Shown piece by piece: positions 18,305 to 28,346 of a stretch of 64,000 nt of DNA (its first letter is position 1; each line of letters begins with the position of its first letter). The notes beneath the pieces are model-generated. The model was given only the letters and a program-made list of their open reading frames with translations. It was not told the origin of the DNA and did not search any database. The stretch lies in NCBI GenBank assembly GCA_963667175.2, contig CAXXXF010000018.1, positions 64,001 to 128,000 on the forward strand. The letters are read 5' to 3'. This DNA is from Candidatus Latescibacterota bacterium (lineage in GTDB: Bacteria > Latescibacterota > UBA2968 > GCA-2709665). The translations under genes were made by a program, and so were the position numbers.

Positions 18305-19279
18305 TTAGAATTTGTAGAACACCGTCATACGCGGGATGACCTCGGTATCCGCGTTCGAAGGCGCGTAAATCGTTGCCACAACGTTGGGCATGATGTGAAT
18401 ATTCCCTGCCGGCGCGATGTCGACGCCTCCGATAACCATGGTTTCCTCGTCCTGCCCCGTGCTCCTGCCGGGATCGTAATAATCGAGGCGGGCGAATATA
18501 TCGACCCGGGGCCTTGCGTTTGCGGCGCAGAATACCGATACGCCTCGTATCCGGATATCGTCGCCGCCGCCCCCGTTCCGGTTCATTCTGACAAACCCTT
18601 CGATACCGCCACGGAATTCCTCGCCTGACATCCCCAGCATCCCCGCGAACGTGACGCGATCTCTTCCTTCGGGTTTGCCTTCCCAGTCCAGGTAGACCGT
18701 GGCTTCGATGGCGTCCGTCGGTTTCACGTGAAGTAGCGTGTACAGCTTCTTGCCGTTGTCGACTTCCGAACGCTGTCCGCTCCCGTTGCCGAACATCAGC
18801 TGGGCGTTCACCCTTCCCGCGCCATCCAGCCTTCCTTTGAATCCCACCCCGATATCCGCGGACGAGCCGATCTTGCGCATATCCATGATCGTTTTTGCGA
18901 TCGACCGGTATCCCCAGATTCGCTCGGATACGTTCCAGGTTGGCGTGCCGAACAGCCCCATGTTGACGGCCCGACCGTTCGCCCGGTACCGCAGATAACC
19001 GTGCTTCACGAACGGCCGCATCTTGTCCTCACCGCCAAATCCCGCATCATTGGCTTCGTAACGTACACGGCCGGACCAGCGGTCGTTCCATTTCATGTCG
19101 TACGTCAGGTATATGCGCCGGAACCTGAAGCCGTTTTCGTTCTTGTCCGTTCCGGTCGCGACGTAGTAATAATCGCCAAAAGCCACCCCCTTGATCTTGC
19201 CCTCGGCGCCTTCGGCAGGTCCGAACAGGCCGAGGCTCAACACGGCGACGATTCCCCGGATGGTCCCGATTAGTCGCAT
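18305..19279 (-). CDS. Outer-membrane porin, probably phosphate-selective (OprO/OprP-like)
   Basis: Signal peptide, GFRFRRIYLT arginine-rich strand, amphipathic beta strands, C-terminal Phe. First gene of the pst operon. Confidence 0.75.
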   Translation of the reverse strand: MRLIGTIRGIVAVLSLGLFGPAEGAEGKIKGVAFGDYYYVATGTDKNENGFRFRRIYLTYDMKWNDRWSGRVRYEANDAGFGGEDKMRPFVKHGYLRYRANGRAVNMGLFGTPTWNVSERIWGYRSIAKTIMDMRKIGSSADIGVGFKGRLDGAGRVNAQLMFGNGSGQRSEVDNGKKLYTLLHVKPTDAIEATVYLDWEGKPEGRDRVTFAGMLGMSGEEFRGGIEGFVRMNRNGGGGDDIRIRGVSVFCAANARPRVDIFARLDYYDPGRSTGQDEETMVIGGVDIAPAGNIHIMPNVVATIYAPSNADTEVIPRMTVFYKF

Positions 19280-19460
19280 TTCTCCTCCCTGCTGTTTTCG
19301 GTTTATCGATCGACCCGCCCGGATTCCCTGCGGCCGCGGCGGTTCACCCCGTGATGGTCCGGGGGCGGCGGCTCGCCCGGAAGGCTGAACGCCGAGATTT
19401 GACCTCGAACGCTGACCCGTTGCCCCCCGTCTTCCGCACGCTGAACCAAGGAGTACAATA

Positions 19461-19511
19461 TGTTACGCTTTCATTACGATCGGGTGGCAATTGTGTGACG
19501 AACAGGTTACG
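19461..19511 (-). promoter_or_regulatory. Pho-box-like array (5 units, 11-bp period) for porin-pstSCAB-phoU
   Basis: Plus-strand units at 19461 TGTTACG, 19472 CATTACG, 19483 GGTGGCA, 19494 TGTGACG and 19505 GGTTACG (minus strand cGTAAC-like). Confidence 0.75.
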
Positions 19512-19611
19512 ATCTCCGGGTCGGACTCCGCCAAAATGCGGAGGGAAGTCGGTGGGGGCACAACCGGCAGCGCGGTCGTGGAATGAACCCCCGTGGGATA
19601 CCCTGCGAAAA

Positions 19612-19667
19612 CGTCATTGAACCGTAACGATTCCGTAACCCGGTCTAAACATCCGGTTCGTTACTTT
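19612..19667 (+). promoter_or_regulatory. Pho-box-like array (4 units, 11-bp period) and -10 element for the TonB-dependent receptor
   Basis: CGTCATT 19612, CGTAACG 19623, CGTAACC 19634, CTAAACA 19645; TACTTT at 19662. Confidence 0.72.
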
Positions 19668-19755
19668 GACGCCGATCAGAGGGAGCGGGGCCGCCGACAC
19701 GTTGAATCCGGAACGCGACGGCCTGAAGAAACATCAACCGAGGAGCGAGAATCCC

Positions 19756-22548
19756 ATGTTACGAATCGCGATCATGCTGTTGTCTGCCGTAATGGTGCTT
19801 TCACTCTCCGCCGAGGAGATGGGAGTTGTTCAGGGGCTGATTGTCGACGGCGAAACAGGCGAGCCGCTGATTGGGGCCAACCTGATCGTCTACGACACCG
19901 GGGGCCGGCCGGCCTTCGGCACGACGACCGACCTGGACGGGAGGTTCAGCCTCAGACTGCCGTCCGGCAGGCACAGCATCGAGATTTCCTATGTGTCCTA
20001 CGCGACGAAAACGGTTACCGGCGTCGAGGTAGAAACCAACGGGACTTTCCAACTCAGCGAAGCACTTTCGCCGGAAGCAATCGAAGTCGAAGCGATTACG
20101 GTCACGGCCAGACCCGAGCGCTCCAGCGAAGTCTCCATGCTGGTTATCCAACAGAAGGCCGGCGTGGTTACGGACGGCATCAGTTCGGAACTGATGAGCA
20201 AGGCTTCATCTTCGGACGCCGGGGATGCGCTCAAAAGGGTGACCGGAATTACGGTGGTGGGCGGGCGCTACGTTTACGTTCGCGGCCTGGGAGAGCGCTA
20301 CAGCAATACACAGGTCAACGGCGCGCAGATGCCCAGCCCCGAGCCGAACCGCCGCGTGGTTCCGATGGATATTTTCCCGGCGGGACTCCTGGAGAATATC
20401 CAGGTGGCCAAGACCTTCTCTCCCGACCAGCCGGGCGATTTCTCGGGCGGATCGGTCCAGATCAGAACGAAGGATTTTCCAGATCAGCTGACGCTCTCAC
20501 TCTCGGCCTCCACCAGCTTTCATTCACAGACCAGCTTTGAAGATATCCAGAGCTACACGGGCGGTTCGTGGGACTTCCTGGGCGTTGACGACGGCGGACG
20601 GGACCTGCCCGAACTGGTAAAAACACAGGCGGCGGAACAGGCCGTTCGCAAGCGCGGGCGCTTTTCCACGTCGGGTTTTACCGCTGAGGAGATTCAGACC
20701 CTCGGCCGGTCGTTCAACAATGTCTGGTCGCCGGAAACCCGGACGGCCCCTTTGAACCAGAGCTACAGCTTCAGCGTCGGTAACGCCCTTTCTTCCGAAA
20801 ACAGGGAACTGGGCTTCGTGCTGTCCCTGACGTACGACAACAGCTACAGGAACGGGAGTCAGGAATGGAACAGCTACCGGCTTACGGCCAAAGACGGCCA
20901 GGAATTCCTCTCCCCATTCACCAGTTACACGGTCAGCGGCACCACCAATAACGTGCTGTTGGGCGCTCTCTTCAACAGCAGCTTCCGTTTCTCGCCGCTT
21001 CACAAGATCAGCCTGAAGACAATCTACAACCGCAACACCGACGACGAAGCCCGCGGCTATACCGGGTTCAACTCCGACCGCGGCGCCGACCTTCGAAACC
21101 TCAGGTTTCGCTTCGTGGAGCGCGGCGTATTTACGGGGCAGCTTGGCGGAGAACACCACATCGATCCCCTGTTCAAATCCAACCTGAACTGGCAGTTCGG
21201 CTATGCCGAAGCCACGCGAGACGAACCGGACAACCGCGAAGTTGTTTACGAAATGCGGAATCAGCGATGGACCTTTTTCGACATCACCCAGAGCGGAAGC
21301 CGGTTCTATTTCGATCTTGCCGACAGGGAGTGGAGCGGAAAGCTTGACTGGACGGCGCCTATCAAGTCTCCCGCCGGCCTGCCCGCCAAATTCAAGCTCG
21401 GGGGTGTATGGCGAAAGAAAGACCGCACCTTCGACGCCCGGCGCTTCCGCTTCGAACAGTCCAGCGGCATTCAACGTCACGTGGACCTGACGGCCGACCC
21501 GGAAATCATCTTCGCCGAGGAAAATATCGCGCCCGGGCGCTTCGAACTCAGGGAAACCACCCGCGCCAACGACAACTACTCGGCCAGACAGGATCTCTCG
21601 GCGGGTTATATGATGGTGGACATGCCCGTCGCGGCTTCGTGGCGTCTGGTGACCGGGGTCAGGGTCGAATCGTCCAGACAGGAACTGAGATCATTCGACC
21701 CCTTCGCGCTCAATTCCGAGCCCATCGTCGTCACGCTGGACAATACCGACGTCCTGCCGGGAATCAATCTCGTGCGGAAGCTTTCCGACCGGTCCAATCT
21801 GCGGGCAGCCTATTCCCGCACCCTGGCGCGTCCCGATTTCCGGGAACTGGCGCCCTTCGAATTTACCGACTTTGTAGGCGGCCGGGCGGTCGTGGGGGAC
21901 ACGTCGCTGACCCGTACCGTTGTCGACAACTACGATCTCCGCTGGGAGAACTTCCCCAGACTGGGGGAGCTGGCGGCCTTCAGCGTTTTCTACAAGAAAT
22001 TCCACGATCCCATCGAGCAGATCATCCAGCCCACCGCCCAACTCCGTGTCAGCTACGCAAATGCGGCGTCTGCCAGCAACTACGGCGTCGAATTCGAGTA
22101 CCGGCGCAGGCTGGACGCCCTCGTTCCCGACCTTGAGAAATTCTCGGTAAGCGCAAACGTCACATTGGTCAGATCCAAGGTTGAAATCCACCCCGCCAGC
22201 GGGGTGCAGACCTCTTCCGAGCGGGCGCTGCAGGGCCAGTCGCCATTCGTGGTGAACCTGATGCTTGGGTACGACAATAATGAAGCGGGCACGTCGGCGA
22301 ATCTGCTTTACAACGTCGTCGGACGGCGAATCAGCGAAGTAGGGGCCCAGAGACTGCCGGATGTCTTCGAACAGCCCCGCCACCAGGTCGATTTTACGTT
22401 CAAACAAAGAGTAGGGTCCGGTGTCAGGGTCAAACTCTCCGCCAGGAACCTGCTCGATTCGACCGTGCTCTACGAACAACAGGAGGAGGTTTTCACACGG
22501 TACAAGAGAGGTCGGTCCATCTCCGTCGGAATCGGCTACGATCTCTAG
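19756..22548 (+). CDS. TonB-dependent receptor with N-terminal carboxypeptidase-regulatory-like domain
   Basis: GLIVDGETGEPLIGA, plug motifs DALKRVTG..YVYVRGLGERY..NG, barrel motifs ARPDFRELAPF and LQGQSP, C-terminal GIGYDL. AGGAG RBS. Confidence 0.93.
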   Translation: MLRIAIMLLSAVMVLSLSAEEMGVVQGLIVDGETGEPLIGANLIVYDTGGRPAFGTTTDLDGRFSLRLPSGRHSIEISYVSYATKTVTGVEVETNGTFQLSEALSPEAIEVEAITVTARPERSSEVSMLVIQQKAGVVTDGISSELMSKASSSDAGDALKRVTGITVVGGRYVYVRGLGERYSNTQVNGAQMPSPEPNRRVVPMDIFPAGLLENIQVAKTFSPDQPGDFSGGSVQIRTKDFPDQLTLSLSASTSFHSQTSFEDIQSYTGGSWDFLGVDDGGRDLPELVKTQAAEQAVRKRGRFSTSGFTAEEIQTLGRSFNNVWSPETRTAPLNQSYSFSVGNALSSENRELGFVLSLTYDNSYRNGSQEWNSYRLTAKDGQEFLSPFTSYTVSGTTNNVLLGALFNSSFRFSPLHKISLKTIYNRNTDDEARGYTGFNSDRGADLRNLRFRFVERGVFTGQLGGEHHIDPLFKSNLNWQFGYAEATRDEPDNREVVYEMRNQRWTFFDITQSGSRFYFDLADREWSGKLDWTAPIKSPAGLPAKFKLGGVWRKKDRTFDARRFRFEQSSGIQRHVDLTADPEIIFAEENIAPGRFELRETTRANDNYSARQDLSAGYMMVDMPVAASWRLVTGVRVESSRQELRSFDPFALNSEPIVVTLDNTDVLPGINLVRKLSDRSNLRAAYSRTLARPDFRELAPFEFTDFVGGRAVVGDTSLTRTVVDNYDLRWENFPRLGELAAFSVFYKKFHDPIEQIIQPTAQLRVSYANAASASNYGVEFEYRRRLDALVPDLEKFSVSANVTLVRSKVEIHPASGVQTSSERALQGQSPFVVNLMLGYDNNEAGTSANLLYNVVGRRISEVGAQRLPDVFEQPRHQVDFTFKQRVGSGVRVKLSARNLLDSTVLYEQQEEVFTRYKRGRSISVGIGYDL

Positions 22549-22646
22549 AGACCGGCCGCCGCGGGGCCGGCTGACTGGCGTTCCATCCATCGCATTCGCA
22601 GGGGACAGTCCCCAATCGTAAACACCCGTCACCAAGGAGTCGCGCT

Positions 22647-24133
22647 GTGAAGTTGACAACACGTTTTGCACTATTCATCATCCTGACGCTGGGTTTTCCC
22701 GCCTTGCTTCAGGCGCAGACCACCTCCCCCGCCCGGGTCGATTTCGACGGCGACGGCGCGGTCGGGTTCGGAGATTTCGTTCTGTTCAGTCAGAACTTCC
22801 AATCAGACCATCCGATGTACGATCTGAGCGGCGACGGCGCGGTGGGTTTTCCCGACTTTGTCGCATTCGCAAGCGCCTTCGGTCAGACAGTCGCCCGGAT
22901 GGAACGACCGGGAATGGTCTCGGGCAATATCACCTCGAACGCAGTCTGGACCTCGGACCGCGACTATCTGCTCTCCGGTCCGGTCTTCGTCCGGGACGGC
23001 GCCACGCTCATTGTCATGCCCGGCACGACGGTCTATGGCGAGGGGGCAACCAACGGCACACTGATCGTCGCGCAGGGCGGCAAACTCATCGCTGACGGAA
23101 CTGCTCGAAATCCGATCGTGTTCACGAGCGATCAGTTCGAGGGCGAACGAGACAGGGGGCAGTGGGGCGGTCTGATTATCAACGGCCGTGCGCCGGTCAA
23201 TACCGGTTTGCCTGCATACGGCGAGGGCGACACGGGCGAATACGGCGGCACGGACCCGGAGGACAGCAGCGGCATCCTGCGGTACGTGCGCGTGGAGTTC
23301 GCCGGCATCGAGTTTTCTCCAGACAATGAGTTGAACGGCATCGCGTTCCAGGGGGTGGGCTCCGGCACTGTGGTGGACTACGTGCAGGTGCACTTCAACC
23401 AGGACGACGGCATCGAGTTCTTCGGCGGGACGGTGAATGCGAAGCACCTGTATTGTACGGGAATTCGGGACGACTCGTTCGACTGGACGGACGGCTGGAC
23501 GGGCAAGGGACAGTTCTGGGTGGCGCAGCAGCGCGGCGACGACGCGGACAACGGGTTCGAAGCCGACAACAACGGCGACGACAACGAGGCGAGCCCGCGT
23601 TCGAACCCGACGATCTACAACGTGACGCTGGTAGGGGATCCGGACGGACCGGAAAGCGACACGGGTCTGCTGCTTCGCGAGGGCACCGCGGCGACCCTGC
23701 GGAACTTCATCGTGATCGGGTTCAACGCGGGCGGCCTGGACGTCGATACGGAATCGTCGATTACACTGGCAAACAACGGTGATCTGTCGTTGCGGAACTC
23801 GATTTTCTACAACAACGCGACGGATATGGACGAGCAGGGCATGCGCACGATGGGCAACTTCAACACGGACGGCGACGGGATCGACGAGGGGACGTGGGCG
23901 ATGATGTCGGGCTTCGACAATCGGAGGCGGACCCGGATCTGCGGTCGCCGTATAGCCAGCGTTCGCCCAGCTTCCAGCCGTCTTCATCTTCGCCCGCCGT
24001 AAATGGTTCGGTGCCCGTCGCGAGTCCGCCTTCGGACGGGTTTTTCGACGCCGTGGACTTTATCGGCGCGATGAGTGCGGACGACGACTGGACCGCGGGA
24101 TGGATCACGACGGAACAGCCCGCGGGAGAGTAG
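22647..24133 (+). CDS. Secreted beta-helix protein with N-terminal dockerin/EF-hand-like pair; frameshifted near 23922
   Basis: Signal peptide; DFDGDGAVGFGDF and DLSGDGAVGFPDF; GTARNPIVFTS, WGGLIING, DSSGILRYVRVEFAG, DDGIEFFGG. The natural C-terminus (EADPDL...FIGAM...DWTAGW) lies in another frame ending at 24133. Confidence 0.8.
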
Positions 24134-24206
24134 ACACGACTCTCCGGGCGGAAAGTTGAAAAAAGGGGGAGGAAACCTCGCTCCCATCTCGCTCCCCTCC
24201 CCCTTT

Positions 24207-24289
24207 GAAGCTGTCTTGAAAACCCGGCGGTTGTCGCTCGGATCCAAAAGCGCCGGCCGGGAACGCACCAGGGATTTTGAGACAGTTTC
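24207..24289. repeat. Small inverted-repeat-bounded (MITE-like) remnant
   Basis: GAAGCTGTCTTGAAAACCC versus reverse complement GAAACTGTCTCAAAATCCC (15/19). Confidence 0.45.
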
Positions 24290-24439
24290 CAGGAGACCGG
24301 ACGGGCTCGAACGAAGCGTGACCGCTTCAGCGCCTGTTCGGTCTTTCTTGTCTTTTTTACCGGTTCAACGTATTATTCAGTTGGAGATGCGATGATTTTT
24401 TTCAATGGAGAAAGAAACGGTGGTCGTAGCTTATTTTCG

Positions 24440-24910
24440 ATGACGAAGCGGATTTTCCGGGGCGCGCTCGCCGTCCTGCTGGCATCGGGTTGCGTAGACA
24501 GCAATGGGGATACGGACTCGCCGGAGGGGCTCGCACGCGCGGTCGTCGCCGCCCTCAACAAGGAAGACATCGCGGCGCTTCATGGCCTCCGGGTCCACAG
24601 GGAGGAATACCTCAAGAACATCCTTCCGGCATTTCCACCCATCAATTTCTCGCCGGAGTTCGCCTGGAACAACCTGAACAAGAGATCCATCATCGGCGTG
24701 AACAAATGGATCAGACGATACGGCGGAGAGAGTCTGAGTTTTACCGGCATCCGTTTCGAGAAGCCGGAGGAAACCTATGAGGGGCTGAAACTCCTGCGTG
24801 GGACCGTGTTGAGCGTGCGAACCCAGAGGGGCAAACACGTGGATCTGCGCATCCTCGGATCGGTGGTCCTCAGAGACGGCCGGTACAGGCTTCTGAGCTA
24901 TGACGACTGA
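24440..24910 (+). CDS. Hypothetical lipoprotein
   Basis: MTKRIFRGALAVLLASGC lipobox; overlaps the next gene by 11 bp. Confidence 0.75.
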   Translation: MTKRIFRGALAVLLASGCVDSNGDTDSPEGLARAVVAALNKEDIAALHGLRVHREEYLKNILPAFPPINFSPEFAWNNLNKRSIIGVNKWIRRYGGESLSFTGIRFEKPEETYEGLKLLRGTVLSVRTQRGKHVDLRILGSVVLRDGRYRLLSYDD

Positions 24911-25892
24911 ACGAAGTGCCTTCAGGGAAGCGCGAAACAGGCTGATGTCTCTGGGCATCGGCCTTCTGTTTATGGGGCATGTTTTCCCGCTCTGTGCGGC
25001 GGACTATGCCTCCGTGCGGACCCATGAGGGAAACAGCGCGCTTCCGGTTTCCCTAACCACGCTCGAACGTGAACTTCTTGAGGACGTCCGCGACGGGCGC
25101 CTGGACCGGTTCGACCTGATCGAAGCCGGCCTGATCGCATCGGGGGCCACCGACCCCGTTCTTCTCTCCCGGTACAAGCGGCGCTTCAGCCACCTTCAAC
25201 AGCACGCCCTGCTTTCCATTCCCTATCTCATGCACACCGAACAGATGGCCGCCGAGTTGTTTCACTATCTTCACCGATACGTCCTCAGGCAGTTCGATAC
25301 CCGTCCGGTCACCGTGATCAACCTGCTGTCCGACGGCCGCTACAACTGCATTACGGCCTCGTGGCTGTACATCGCGCTGGCGCAACGGTACGACCTGCCC
25401 GCAACGGTGATCAAGACCCCGATGCATGCGTACGTGCGACTGGAAACCCGTCCGCCCATTCCCATCGAAATGACCGTGCCCGTTGGCGGCGTCGACCACG
25501 CGCAGACCCGTGAGCAGGTCATTCAGACCCTTCTGGATGCGGGGCTGGTCGATCCATCGCAGATTGAATCACACGGGGCCGACGATCTTTTTCTCGAATA
25601 CCAGCGTCACCAGTTTCCGCTGGAACCGGTCCAGATCCTTTCCGTACTTTTCTACAACAGCGCGCTGCACGCGTTCGAACGGGGCGACCCGCACCTGGCG
25701 TTCCGAAATGCCCTCGGAGCTCAGCTTTCTCATCCGGAAGACAGACAATATCAACAGCTTACATTCGATATGGGTCTGGCCTACGCCACCTTTCTCCGTC
25801 AGCGGGGCGACCACGACGGCGAGAGCGGAATCGTCACCTATCTTCGCGGTATGAAGCAAATGTTCGCGTCGAACGTTCCCGTCGGGTTCTGA
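24900..25892 (+). CDS. Transglutaminase-like (Cys-His-acid) domain protein with TPR-like tail
   Basis: GRYNCITASWLY...PMHAYVRL...IEMT; hydrophobic N-terminal segment; helical repeats at the C-terminus. Confidence 0.7.
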   Translation: MTTERSAFREARNRLMSLGIGLLFMGHVFPLCAADYASVRTHEGNSALPVSLTTLERELLEDVRDGRLDRFDLIEAGLIASGATDPVLLSRYKRRFSHLQQHALLSIPYLMHTEQMAAELFHYLHRYVLRQFDTRPVTVINLLSDGRYNCITASWLYIALAQRYDLPATVIKTPMHAYVRLETRPPIPIEMTVPVGGVDHAQTREQVIQTLLDAGLVDPSQIESHGADDLFLEYQRHQFPLEPVQILSVLFYNSALHAFERGDPHLAFRNALGAQLSHPEDRQYQQLTFDMGLAYATFLRQRGDHDGESGIVTYLRGMKQMFASNVPVGF

Positions 25893-25905
25893 TGGACATC
25901 ATGCG

Positions 25906-27441
25906 ATGAAAAGCAAGGTATCCGCACTGCGTCTTCCCGCATCGGTCGACCCACTCAGCGTGTGGGGGAACGCCGTCGGTTCCCATACCTGTGTACCGAC
26001 AGACGATACCGTGCAAAATCAGACGTTCCTCGACACGTTCGATTGGCGCCTGTTCAATAGAAACCTGGTGCTGATGAAGGAACAGGAACGCTACCTTCTC
26101 TACAGCCTGCCGGACCGCGAAACCGTCGCGTCGCTCGGCATGCCGCGCGGGGCCGAACCGGTGTTCAGCACGGATTTTCCCGAGGGACCCCTGAAGAAGG
26201 TCCTGCATGCACACGTGAGCGTACGGGCGCTGTTGCCCCTCGCGCGCGCCACGACGCGCCGGCAGACCTTGCGTGTACGCAACAGAAACGAAAAAACCGT
26301 CCTGATCGCAACGATTGAACAAGCGCGGTTGACCGACGCCGTGCGAGACGGACAACCGATCAACACCGTCGTGCTGCGGTCGATCCGGGGATATGAGAAG
26401 CATCTGCGAAGACTAAACCGTTCGCTGCTGGACGCGGGCGCCCAACCTCAGACCGAAGACCTGTTCCACGCCGCCATGCGGGCGTCCGGGAGGGAACCGG
26501 GAGGCTACACCTCAAAGCTCAACATTGTTCTGGAACCCAACCTTACCGGCGCGGAGGCCGTCAAGCGGATTCTGGAGCACCTGTTCAGAACGATCAGGTG
26601 TAATGAAGCGGGCATAAAGGATGACGTCGATACGGAGTTTCTGCACGATTTCAGGGTGGGAATCCGGCGGACGCGTTCAGCCCTCAGCCAGATCAAATCT
26701 GTACTTCCCGATGGTCGGGTTGCCCGTTTCCGGAAGGACTTTTCCTATCTCGGAAAACTCACCAACCGACTGCGCGACCTGGACGTCGCCCTGTTGAAGC
26801 GGGACGCGTACCGGTCTCTCCTGCCAGGATATCTGCGGCCTCGACTGGACCCCCTTTTCGAATCGCTCCGGGCGGAACGTACGGGCGAACACCGGCGCCT
26901 CGCCGCCGCCCTGGACGGCGGCAGGTACCTGAAATTCGCCGCGGACTGGGAGGCGTTTCTGAAATGCCCGCCGGAGTTCCCATCGCCGAGCAATGCCGAA
27001 GCGCCGGCGGTTGGCCTGGCGCGGAGATTCATTGGCAAGAGATACGGCCGCGTGATCGAATTGGGGACCGCAATCGACGCGCCCACACCCGACGCTGAAC
27101 TGCACCGGCTTCGGATCGAGTGCAAGAAATTGCGCTATCTCCTGGAGTTTTTCTCGTCGCTTTACCCAACTCAAGAAGTCCGGCTGATTGTCGAGCGCCT
27201 CAAGAGCCTGCAGGACAATCTGGGTGACTTCAACGACCTCTCCGTCCAGCAGGCCGACCTGAAGTCGTACCTGAAAGCGTTGCCCGCGGAGGGGACTCAC
27301 CCGGAAACCTTTGCCGCCGTCGGCGGTCTGATCGGTTGCCTGTACCGCGAGCAGCAGACCGTCCGCGCGGCCTATTCGAAGACATTTATGCGGTTCAATC
27401 AGGCGGAGGTCGCCGCCACCTTCCGACGCCTGTTCGCCTGA
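25906..27441 (+). CDS. CHAD domain (polyphosphate-binding) protein with degenerate CYTH-like N-terminus
   Basis: FLDTFDWRL N-domain; LHDFRVGIRRTRS, LRDLDV, LHRLRIECKKLRY and LQDNLGDFND CHAD motifs. Confidence 0.92.
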   Translation: MKSKVSALRLPASVDPLSVWGNAVGSHTCVPTDDTVQNQTFLDTFDWRLFNRNLVLMKEQERYLLYSLPDRETVASLGMPRGAEPVFSTDFPEGPLKKVLHAHVSVRALLPLARATTRRQTLRVRNRNEKTVLIATIEQARLTDAVRDGQPINTVVLRSIRGYEKHLRRLNRSLLDAGAQPQTEDLFHAAMRASGREPGGYTSKLNIVLEPNLTGAEAVKRILEHLFRTIRCNEAGIKDDVDTEFLHDFRVGIRRTRSALSQIKSVLPDGRVARFRKDFSYLGKLTNRLRDLDVALLKRDAYRSLLPGYLRPRLDPLFESLRAERTGEHRRLAAALDGGRYLKFAADWEAFLKCPPEFPSPSNAEAPAVGLARRFIGKRYGRVIELGTAIDAPTPDAELHRLRIECKKLRYLLEFFSSLYPTQEVRLIVERLKSLQDNLGDFNDLSVQQADLKSYLKALPAEGTHPETFAAVGGLIGCLYREQQTVRAAYSKTFMRFNQAEVAATFRRLFA

Positions 27442-27459
27442 AGACGGAAAGCGCATTCC

Positions 27460-28209
27460 ATGGCTACAGTGGCCCTGTACAACATCAAGGGCGGGGTGGG
27501 GAAGACCGCCGCCGCGGTGAATCTGGCCTACCTCGCCGCGCGCGACGGCGCGCAGACCATTCTGTTCGATCTGGACCCGCAGGGATCGGCAGCATTCTAC
27601 TTTCGCATCAAACCCTCAAGGAAACTTCCGGGTCGAAAATTTCTGCGAGGAGGGCGCAGGGTAGAGAAGCGCATCCGAGGGACCGACTACGAAAATCTGG
27701 ACCTGCTGCCGTCCAACCTGTCGTTCCGAAACCTGGACACGACGCTGAGTAAACTGAAGGCCTCCTCAAAACGGCTCCATCGCATTCTGAAACCGTACCG
27801 CAAGACATACGACTTCATCTTTCTCGACTGTCCGCCTGGCATCGGCCTGGTATCGGAAAATATGCTCTTTGCCTCCGACGTCGTTCTGGTTCCCTGTATA
27901 CCGACGACGTTGTCCATGCGTACCTGTGACCAGCTGGTACGTTTCTTCGATTCCAGAGGCCGGGACGTCTCCCGGATCTACCCGTTCTTCGCGATGGTGG
28001 AGAAACGGAAACGCATGCACAGCGAAATTCTGGCGACCGGCGGAGACCCCGAACAGCGGTTTCTGAAGACCCGGATTCCTTACGCGTCGGAAGTCGAGAA
28101 AATGGGTATCCACCGGGAACCGGTCCCATGTTTCGCGCCGGGTTCGCCCGCCGCAGACGCGTATCAGGACCTTTGGGATGAACTCAAGGGGATCGTGCCG
28201 AGACGCTGA
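27460..28209 (+). CDS. ParA/MinD family ATPase (orphan, no parB)
   Basis: Deviant Walker A KGGVGKT, DLDPQGS, FLDCPP. Confidence 0.92.
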   Translation: MATVALYNIKGGVGKTAAAVNLAYLAARDGAQTILFDLDPQGSAAFYFRIKPSRKLPGRKFLRGGRRVEKRIRGTDYENLDLLPSNLSFRNLDTTLSKLKASSKRLHRILKPYRKTYDFIFLDCPPGIGLVSENMLFASDVVLVPCIPTTLSMRTCDQLVRFFDSRGRDVSRIYPFFAMVEKRKRMHSEILATGGDPEQRFLKTRIPYASEVEKMGIHREPVPCFAPGSPAADAYQDLWDELKGIVPRR

Positions 28210-28346
28210 CGGGCGACGACTCTGTCCGTCAAATCCCCGTACCGTAATGACTTGCGAGCCTGAAACCGATTGACTGAGGCATTGCTGTGGATTATCTTGG
28301 CGCTGTATAGACGTCGATTCCGCGGGTACACCACGAGAAGTGCGGC

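Noticed and set aside
27460-28209. Chromosome or plasmid partition parA
   Set aside because: There is no parB, parS or replication gene adjacent; it is embedded among polyP genes.
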